Shown here: positions 34,801-42,468 of the stretch, one piece after another
Layout of the letters: each line of letters opens with the position of its first letter
How positions within the stretch are numbered: the first letter of the stretch is position 1
Assembly (NCBI GenBank): GCA_918797485.1
Contig: CAKKNE010000006.1
Location: forward strand, 3,658,001 to 3,722,000
Direction of reading: 5' to 3'
Origin: Pelagomonas calceolata
Lineage: Eukaryota
DNA: 64,000 nucleotides
The notes under the pieces: model-generated
What the model was told of the DNA's origin: nothing
What the model saw: the letters and a program-made list of their open reading frames with translations, nothing else
Databases searched by the model: none
Program-made: the position numbers and the translations under genes

Positions 34801-36293
34801 GGCGCGGGCGTCGGCGCGGCCGTCGGCTCCGGCGTAGCTACGTTCGTCTCGTCGCACTCTATGTAATAGTAGTCACCATACGGAAGCGCCGTGGAGCACC
34901 CGACGGATCCACCTCGCACCAGCGGTAGGGGCTGCCGTCGTCGCGCCCGTCGGGCATCCCTCCTGAATGGTAGAACAGTCGGCGTTGCTCCACGTGTCAA
35001 GGCACACGCAATGCCCGGGCGGCGCCACGTTCGTATCGTCGCACTCTATGCAACAGTAGTCACCATACGGAAGCGCCGTGGAGCACCCGACGGATCCACC
35101 TCGCACCAGCGGTAGGGGCTGCCGTCGCAGGCGTCCGTCGGGCATCCCTCCTGAATAGTAGTACAGTCGGCGTTGCTCACTGTCAAGGCACGCGCGCGCG
35201 CGGCCGCCGCGTAGCCACGTTCAGATCGTCGCACTCTATGTAATGATAGTCACCATGCTCCTTCGCCGAGGCATTCCTGACGGATCCACCTCGCACCAGC
35301 GGTACCCCCAAACCGTCTCGCACTCTGAGCCTTCCGCCGGGCATCCCTCCTGAATAGTAGAACAGTCGGTGTTGCTCCACGAAGCCTTGCACACGCACGG
35401 CTCCGGCCGCGTAGCCACCGTCGGCTCGGCAGTCGGGAAAGGTGTTGGCAGCGGGCCGCAATCCCCGCCGTCGTTATCCTCGCATCTGAAGTCGCAACCG
35501 GAATTGCCATCATCGCAGACACCGTCGCCGATCCAACTCGCTGGGCAGCAGACGCCGGGCAGTCCGGGACTTGGCCGGAGTCGCAGGTCTGAAGACGCCG
35601 TTGTGATGCAGATCCGGCGTCGTGTCGCGCAGTGTAGGCCGGCCGCGTCGTCTGCGTCGCCAGCCTGCTCTTGACCATCTCGGCCGCGCGCGGCGCGCGC
35701 CGTCGAACCAGAGAGCGCCTCGCCCTCGCCGGCGACGCCCTCGATGTCTTCAGTGTCGAAGGCCGCGGCCTCCGACGTAATAGTTTGGGGCGCGTCCTCG
35801 ACATGCGAGGCGCCCTTGATGGACGCGGCCGGGTCGCCATCCCCGTGCGCCGCCGCGTCGATGGCGTCTCCGCCCTTGTTGTGCGCGTCCGCGAGCTCGG
35901 CGAGCGCGGCGTCGGCGCCTTGAGTTTCGTGCTGCGAGACCGTGTCCTGGTCCCGCGGCGAGACCTCCGTCTCGAGCACGGGCCGCGCGTGGCCGCCCGT
36001 AGCGTAGGCCGTCTCGGCCTTTGACTTGATGTCTTTGACGCGCCCTCGTGGGAGAGCGTGCCCTTGATGGACGCGAGGCCGAAGAGGCGGCGCAGCCCGA
36101 GGCCGAAGCCGCCCTCCTCCAAGTTCGTTGCCGAGATCTCATCGGAGGACGCGTCGGTGTTCGCGTAGTGGTTCTTGGCGTCTTCGGGGACGCTCAGGTC
36201 GCGGTCGCGCAGGTGGTCCTTGACGCGGCCGCGGAGGTGCGCTTCTGGGAGCGCGTTCGCAGAGACAACGAGGCAGAAGAGGACGACACGCAT
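13815..36293 (-). CDS. Giant (~7,000 aa) CRMP-like multipass surface protein with embedded kexin-type peptidase; exons 36293-33412, 33261-31224, 31015-27407, 27201-27094, 26896-26813, 26609-21135, 21004-19531, 19379-18671, 18526-15091, 14988-13815
   Basis: Signal peptide [14 protein letters not shown] at 36293. Intron phases from 31015 to the stop at 13815 are consistent (16,069 nt, ~5,350 codons, no frameshift). The two 5' exons carry frameshifts, mostly in tandem repeats. Dozens of CxxCxxG(Y/F) GCC2/GCC3-type repeats, PT mucin tracts, ShK, S8+P, C-terminal multipass domain. Confidence 0.8.
13990..15620 (-). other. Membrane-proximal Cys module plus multipass TM domain of the giant protein
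   Basis: [49 protein letters not shown], spliced [41 protein letters not shown]; eight or more hydrophobic stretches. Confidence 0.8.
14989..15090 (-). mobile_element. Degenerate introner intron (GT-AG, 102 nt)
   Basis: Ends CAGTGCGCAAATAAA...TCGATTTGCACACAG; TSD GTTGCCCC/GTGGCCCG; removal gives FPTIP|WPVAYE. Confidence 0.82.
18527..18670 (-). mobile_element. Degenerate introner intron (GC-AG, 144 nt)
   Basis: 3' TIR CGATTTCCACACAG; core ACGCCATCGACGCGA; TSD GCACGTCG/GCGCGTCC; removal gives [13 protein letters not shown]. Confidence 0.87.
19380..19530 (-). mobile_element. Degenerate introner intron (GT-AG, 151 nt)
   Basis: Ends CAGTGTGGAAAATC...TTGTTATCGCACAG; TSD GTTAGAAC/GTTGGAAC; removal gives [16 protein letters not shown]. 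Confidence 0.87.
21005..21134 (-). mobile_element. Degenerate introner intron (GT-AG, 130 nt)
   Basis: Ends CTGTGCAGGAATCAA...TTGACTTCTCCACAG; TSD GTGCGTCG/GTACGTCG; removal gives LPGE|YVGREG. Confidence 0.87.
23590..25225 (-). other. Kexin/furin-type S8 peptidase domain plus proprotein-convertase P-domain inside the giant protein
   Basis: Triad [13 protein letters not shown] (Asp ~25110), NAHGTACAS (His 25022-25024), [29 protein letters not shown] (Ser 24284-24286); oxyanion [18 protein letters not shown]-domain [13 protein letters not shown]...HWGE...[10 protein letters not shown]. Confidence 0.93.
26610..26812 (-). mobile_element. Introner-derived intron, paralogous copy (GC-AG, phase 2)
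   Basis: Donor GCAAGT; ends CAGTGCATGAATCA...TTGAATTGCCCACAG; near-identical to 27202-27406. Confidence 0.85.
26897..27093 (-). mobile_element. Introner-derived intron, paralogous copy (GC-AG, phase 2)
   Basis: Donor GCAAGTGC versus exonic GCCGGTGC; ends CAGTGCATAAATCAA...TTGAATTGCCCACAG. Confidence 0.85.
27202..27406 (-). mobile_element. Introner-derived intron, paralogous copy (GC-AG, phase 2)
   Basis: Same ends and body as 26610-26812; removal restores the PT reading frame. Confidence 0.85.
28155..28262 (-). other. ShK toxin-like (ShKT) domain in the giant protein
   Basis: [35 protein letters not shown], canonical 6-Cys ShKT pattern. Confidence 0.88.
30790..30945 (-). repeat. 24-bp coding tandem repeat (PTPLPSSP)
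   Basis: GGAGAGCTCGGCAGCGGCGTCGGC repeated five times in tandem plus one nearby copy. Confidence 0.9.
31016..31223 (-). mobile_element. Introner-derived intron, paralogous copy (GC-AG, phase 2)
   Basis: Donor GCAAGTGC; ends CAGTGCATAAATGAA...TTGAATTGTCCACAG. Confidence 0.85.
31390..33260 (-). repeat. 141-bp coding minisatellite, ~13 units (47-aa Pro/Thr/Ser mucin repeat)
   Basis: GGCGTAGTGGGCGCGACCGACGGTAGCGGCGTCGGCAT recurs 14 times at ~135-141-bp spacing; unit [47 protein letters not shown]. Confidence 0.95.
33262..33411 (-). mobile_element. Introner-derived intron, shortened paralogous copy (GC-AG, phase 2)
   Basis: Donor GCAACT; ends CAGTGCATAAAATAA...TTGATTTGCGCACAG; body similar to 31016-31223 with a deletion. 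Confidence 0.8.
33520..35400 (-). repeat. Nine copies of a ~60-aa Cys-rich module arranged as a ~650-660-bp three-module unit x3
   Basis: CACCTCGCACCAGCGGTA at about 33597, 33785, 33980, 34261, 34446, 34634, 34910, 35097, 35287; every third copy is the [14 protein letters not shown] variant; a tenth copy lies at ~27480-27655. Confidence 0.92.
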
Positions 36294-39200
36294 TATTTTT
36301 TCTTTTTTGTTTTGTTTTTGGTATGCGTGCCTTCTTCCTGTGCCTGCGCGCGACGGCAACTTTCGATGGCCCGGCGCTGTCAACGGGTCACGAGCGCCGA
36401 GCGGCCGGGTACCTCAAAAAGGCTCTCGTTCGACCGATGCGACCTCTCGCGGCGACGGCGACCGAGAGTCTCGACGTCCGCGGCCGTCGCCTCGCAAGGC
36501 CGCTCGAGGAAAGGTAGAGGGCGCGTGCGCGTCTCAGAGCGGCGAAGGCCTCCTCAATAAAGATAATTGACGACGTCGATTTTGTACCCGGTGCTTCGAC
36601 GAGCAGCTGCAGCGACTCAAGAGTTGCTGCAGCGCCGCCCGTCTCGTGGTCGCTTGTGTGCTTCTTCTGTACCTGTGCGCGAAACCGTCGCGCCGATGCG
36701 GCGAAGGAGGCGCGAGGGTCGCTCCGCTCTCACGACAGTTCGACGCGCGACCGTTTCAGCTCTCGCGTCGACGGCCACGGGCGCACGGGCGCGGCTCGGC
36801 CGCTACAGCGTCGCGCGGCGCCGGCGACCGGCCGAGCTCGCTCTCACGGCGGTTTCGTAGACTCTCGCGCTGTCAGGCGTCGGAAAGGTGTGTCATGAAG
36901 ACCTCGTGAAGCGCGCGCCTCGCGAGGCTGGGGCGACGCGCAATACGTGTCACTTTTTCCAAGTCGCCCAGCTCCCGCGCGCGCGGCGCGGCGCGTCTTC
37001 AAGGTGAGCTCTCTCGAACGTTTTTATGCGAGTCCTGCGGTTTGTTCAAAGCTTGAATTTGAGGACGCCGGTCCCCACTGCTAGCTCACAAAGGTTGTCC
37101 TTGCCCTCTGTGCTAAACTTTGGCTCACGACTGTGCCGTACCCGAAATCGGCGCAAACGTCTTCCGGCGCCCAGGACGGTAGGCGTAGGGTCCCCGGCTT
37201 GCTGGGACCCAAGTTTGTCGCGGGCCGCGACCGCGCAGAAAGCCGCCGTCCCGGGGCATGGCTCGCAGATCCGACTATTTAAGTCACCTCGCGTTCACGG
37301 CCTGCCGGTGATCATTTGCCAGAGCGGCTTCGCGAACATTTGGTGTGCTCATCGCGTTCGGCGGCCTCGTCGCGTAGATGCATATAGAGGCGGAGGGCGT
37401 GGTGCGTGAGGCGCCGTCGCGACGATGGCATGGCCTTGGTCGTCTTCGAGCGCCCTTCTACCCCGCCAGTAGCCCGCCGTAACTGCGGTACCGCGCGATT
37501 ATATAAAGAAAAGAGTTTTTGTGATGTAGATCGGCGGCTCCTGAACTTTCTTTCGAGTGGTTCTGATGGCGCTTACTACTTCCCAGTTCAAGTCTTGCAT
37601 GAATTATTTTTCATGATGTATCGAGCCGTTAAAGACTTTCGGCGGTGGTATTTGTTTCTATATTGTCGATTGAAGCTGCGTGATGGAAGCTCGCGTCTCG
37701 GGCGGACAGAACGCGCCAGCGCTCGCCGTCATCGAGTAGGAGACGTCCTCCATCTCTCAAAAACGCAATAGAGGTGACTGCTCTTTGAACCAGGCGCGGA
37801 TCCAACCCTTGAAACCGCAACACCCGGATGAGCGATTTCGCTCGCCAGCGAGCGCGATTTCAGTGGCGGGGGTCAACGGCTGACGAGGTGTGACCCTCGA
37901 GAGCCCGCTTGGCCGCAGTCAGCTCGCGTCATTTTTTAGAGAGTGGTGGTGTCCTGCATCGTTTCTTGGCTTCACTTTGCGTACGGAGCAGCAATCAATC
38001 GCCGCAGCAGCGTAATGCATCGCTTGCCGTTTGGCGCTTGGCAAGGCGTCATGGTGCCCCATGTTATGTGGTGCGCTGGGCATCGGCCCCGGGCAACTGA
38101 TGGGGCTGCCTCGCGGCCCTGTTCGATCGGTTGGGCTGCCTCGCGGCCCTATTCGATCAATGCCGCAGTTTGGACGGCCTTTGTGGCCGTGAACGGTGTT
38201 TGCATGCACTGCGGAACCTGTTTTTGAAGATTCAAGAAACGCGGCATGCAATTGTTTGAGTATCGTTCGGATCGCTAATGGTCCATAGACATCAATGGGA
38301 CTCTTCCTGGGGGGCGAAAAAATTTAATTTTTTAATTCGCGATATTGACGACGCCACCAGGGCGGGCGCGTCGATGGAATCCTGTCGATTCGTGGTCCCG
38401 AGGTCTCCCCGGGGTCGCCTAGGATCTGTCCTAGACGTGCGCAATCGCCTACGCCGCATGCGCGGGCGCTTCGATCAGTGGATACAAATCAAGACAGGTC
38501 CCCAGCAGTGCGCGGACACGTACCATGATCCCCCAAAGTTTTCGATCCAGAGCTCTCTGGGGAGCCCCAAGAATCGGCGCATGCGGTCTAGGGGACCACC
38601 CGACCCCAGACCTATCCCGGAGCGAGTCCGAGGGCCGATCTGCATCCACAAAAAGTAAATACTTTGGGCCCGATGGCGCCCCGTCACCGTCAAATACGCA
38701 ATTACCCGAGGGCCACCAGTAGTCGCCGTAGCGGTCTCGTTGGACCCCATACTACCCCACCGATAGTCAATTACAAGTATATGACATCTACATTATAAGA
38801 AGGGTACTTTTGGCTGCCCACGCTCGGGACGTGAACATCTTTATCTGGACCTCGCGTAAGTCCGTCGATCATGAAACAAATGATCGCGTCATGGTCCATG
38901 GGGAAGGTACACGGGCTGATGGCCGCAGATCCAGGTGTGGTGCCCATCTAAGCCAGATGGTGGGCTCGCGAGACCGACAAGGCGCGAGTTGTAAACGGGA
39001 CAGGTAATCCAATGTAGTAGACGATCAGGCCGGTTACCTGGCCCGTCCCACTACTAAAGCGCCTGAAACGCGAGTTTATTTCATAACTCACGGGTCTGGG
39101 GCCAATTCAGTGCCCCGCGTACGCACCGTCGTCCGCGGAGAACGGGCAAGTCGGTCGATCGTGAATAGAACAACGGTGTTATGGTCCATCTGGATGGTGT

Positions 39201-39700
39201 CGTCGCTGATACTCGCGGGTCTAGGTATTAAGCCCATTTTTGCACAAACGCGTGGTCGCCAAGACGACGAATCGCGAGGCTCTAACGGAATATCTAAAAT
39301 AGCTCAGTGGTCGCCGAGGCGGGCTGGATGGAATCTACCACTAACAAACGGAAGGAAACGAACATAAACGCGAGAGTTGTCTAGTAGAATTCTTCTCCCG
39401 CCCTCCGAGCGGGCCGTCGGCTCCGGTTCCGTCGATTTTGTGTGAAAACTGGGCTGGAGTTGATATGATGTACCATTTGGACGGTAGAAGGCACCGTCAA
39501 TCGCTGGTGTATTTTGGCGAGCCGCAAGACCTAGTGATCTAGCGTATCAACATACTAGGATTCGTATATACGCGTACGCGCATATCCGCGTGTATGTACA
39601 TACGCATATAGCGTATTTTTTAGTAGGCGCCTAGGCGGATGGATGGCTTTTGAAAACAGACCTCTCCGACTGACCCCCGACTGTCATTATGGGTGTCCTA

Positions 39701-40946
39701 TCACGCCATCCCGCCTAGTGAAACTGCGGGAATTGGCATATTGCCAGGTTCTTCGTCATAGATCGCTGGCCGCTGCGCCGGCGGCTCCTGCTCAGCCTCC
39801 ACCCTTTCTTCAGGAAATTCATCGTCGCCTCCTCCTTGTTCGACGTGATCTTGCCGCCGGGTGGGCGAACGTCCGCTTCGGCGGCGGCGGTGGCGGCCGC
39901 GCCGCGTCGGCGGCGAACCGGCCCGCCCGCTTTGCGCGCCGCGCGAGCTCTCCTCGGACGGCCCAGGCCCGCGATGGCGGGGGTTTTCGGCGCGCGCGCT
40001 CCGCCGCGCCTTCACGCGCAGCCCGTCGGCCGTCAGGTCCAGCTGGCTTGACTTGCGGACCGCCGCCGCGAGCACGCGCCGGTCGTCGTCCGCCGTCTTC
40101 GCCGCGTCGACCGTCGTCGGGAGGCGCTATATAGAAATAATTTTCGGCGATAACCCGACCGGCATCGGCACGAATACGCCGTGCAGTTTTGATTTCCACA
40201 CAGAGCAGCGCCGCGATGCGCGGGAACGTGAAGAAGGCCTCCAGCGCGACCGCGCCGTCCTCGTCCGCCAGGCTCTTGAGAAACGCGTCCTGGCCCCAAT
40301 TCCTCGGCGAGAAGTAGTACTCGAGCTGCTGCCGCACGCTGACCCCGCCGTCGGACGGAGGCGGCTTCGTCCGAGTCGGCTCGTTCTGCGCCGACAGCTT
40401 CGCGGCGCAGTCGACGCACGTCGGCCGGGGCTTCTTCCATTGCTTCTCGACGAACATGCTCTGCGACCGTGCCTGGCCGCAGTGCTTGCACGTCTTCTGC
40501 GTCCCTGGCTCATCCGCCGGCGCCGCGGCGGGCGTCGGCGCGGCCGCGGGACCACCCAATGCTGTCGGCAGGCCCATCGCCGCCATCAGGTCGCGCTCGC
40601 TCGGCGCGCCCGCGGCCTCGACTGGCTCGGGCCCGGCCGCGGCGGCCCGCCGGGCGCGAAGGGCCCGTGCGGCTTGGACCTGTGCAGAAACCGGCGGCGC
40701 GGGCTCCTCGTTCGAGGCCGGCTCGGGCGGCGGCGGCGCGGCGGCCGCCGGCTCGGCTGCGGGCTCAGGCGCGGGCGACGGTGCCCCGAGGCCGAACTCC
40801 TCCTCGTCCAGCGCCGCCTGGAGGCGGTCGACGAGCACGGCCTTGAGGCCGTCCGCGGCCAGGCCCCGCCTTCTCAGTTCGGCGCGCAGCTCGACGACCT
40901 TCAGTTTCTTTGGCTCCACCATTGCTTGTGTTGGGGCCGCGTCCAT
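39701..40946 (-). CDS. SAP-domain, Cys4 zinc-motif and La-motif RNA-binding protein; exons 40946-40212 and 40126-39701
   Basis: SAP KLKVVELRAELRRRGLAADGLKAVLVDRL; CKHC...FVEKQWKK...CVDC; La motif VRQQLEYYFSPRNWGQDAFL...FPRIA|...VRKSSQLDLTADGLRVK, completed across the intron. Confidence 0.82.
40127..40211 (-). mobile_element. Short degenerate introner intron (GC-AG, 85 nt)
   Basis: 5' TIR CTGTGTGGAAATCAA intact; 3' TIR decayed to TTATTTCTATATAG; phase-0 join. TSD poorly conserved. Confidence 0.75.
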
Positions 40947-41161
40947 GGGTGCTTGCGTTGCGTCTCTCGGGCCGCCCGCGGCAAGCTCTGCACACAGGCT
41001 GCACTGCTCCGATGCTTGTGCTACACGCCAGACGTCTTAACTAGTGCGGGTTCTTACCGGACCAAAGAGTGGTGCAGCTCCTGCGTCGAAAATCAGTCAA
41101 AGCGAATCTCGTGCGTGCCCGCCCGCCCGCCTGCGCAGCACAGCCCTCGGCTCCAGCCCAT

Positions 41162-41186
41162 TTGCTAGTGTCTTACAGCCGCTAGC
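41162..41186. promoter_or_regulatory. Recurrent dyad motif, copy 1
   Basis: TTGCTAGTGTCTTACAGCCGCTAGC, 216 bp upstream of ATG 40946. Confidence 0.6.
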
Positions 41187-41456
41187 GCGTAATGTCGCAC
41201 GTTTCGCGCGAGCGGCGACGCGGGGGCGGTGCTCTCTTCCAGACCCGCCGACAAGCAAGACAGGTCGCCAGGCTCCGAGCCTAGGATGGGCGCGCTAGCC
41301 TCCTCGCGGTCGCTTCCGTGGCGTACGCCTTCACGCACGACGAGTCGCCCGCCTGCCGCGTCGCGGTACCCGGACCTCCACGCAAGATTCTGCACGACCG
41401 ACCGCTGCGATCGGCGACCGAAGAAACCGCGGCGAAGAATCCACAGAACAGCCATA

Positions 41457-42158
41457 TTACGCCACGCGATTCTTCACGTCGCCGAAGATGCGCCGGGCCC
41501 CGGGCCGCGGCGGAGGACGTTTGCCGCGCCGCCGCTCGCGCCGCTCGATCTCGGCTTGCAGCGCACGCATGGACGCCTCGAGGGTCTCGACGTCGGGCTC
41601 GGGCATGCGAGCCATGTCGACCTCGCGGCGCGCGGGCACGTCCTCGACGCGGGGGCTCGCCGGCGACCCGAGGTCCACGGCTTCAGCGTGCGGCGCGCGG
41701 CACGGCGAGCACGCCTCGGCGCCGGCGCCGGCCCAGACGCGGGCGGCGCGCGCCGGCGTCGACGCCCGCGGCGCGTGAGGCCAGCGCCGCGGCGTCGTCG
41801 CGCGGCAGCGGCGGCGGCAGGCGCGCCATGACCTGGTCGTAGGTCAGGACGTCGTCGCCCGCGCCCGCGAACCACTCGCGCATCGACATGCGCTGGGCCT
41901 CCTCCTCCTCCGCGGCCCGGCCGTCGATCGCGAACTCGATCCGCTTCATCGGTTTCGGCTGCGGCTCCGCCAGCACCTCGAACACGACGCGGTGCTGCGT
42001 AGGCGCCCGGGTCGCATCCGTGCGGTCCCCGCGGCCCCGGGCTGCCCCGGCGGCGTCGCGGGGCGTGGCTCCCTCGCGGGCTCCCGGGACGCATCCGTGC
42101 TCGCGGCCCCGGGCTGCCCCTCCGGCACGGGGTCTCGGGGCTCCCTCGCGGGATCCAT
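41457..42158 (-). CDS. Hypothetical protein, split by frameshifts
   Basis: Consecutive same-strand ORFs 41946..42212, 41683..41985, 41457..41678 with protein-like composition and a short coiled coil; no recognisable domain. Confidence 0.4.
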
Positions 42159-42468
42159 GCGGTCCTTCGCGGCCCGATTACAAGCGCTTAAGCTCGTACT
42201 GGCGCCAACCAAACCAAACCCGCCCGGTGCGCGCGCCCAGGGCTCAACAAACGAGGCGTCCTCCGACTGCTCCTCGGCGCCCCTCGACGCCTGGCTAGCG
42301 GGCAGCGTTTGAGAAAACCCGTCCGGCGGTTATTTGGCTGCCAAGGCCGAGCTGCCAAAATCCGCTTCTCGACGACCGCAGCGCTCGCGCGGTGACGGCT
42401 TCTGGCGCTGGACCACACCGACGCGCCCGCGAGCCGTGCGAGGGGCAGCCCCACGCCGCCGTACAAGG

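Noticed and set aside
31390..35400. Repeat arrays as CRISPR or non-coding satellite
   Set aside because: No unique spacers; units translate into PT-mucin and Cys modules of the giant gene.
39620..39720. SECIS element after the TGA of the La-motif gene
   Set aside because: An ATGA is present on the minus strand but the apical AA and paired GA do not fall at SECIS spacing, and TAG follows the TGA immediately.
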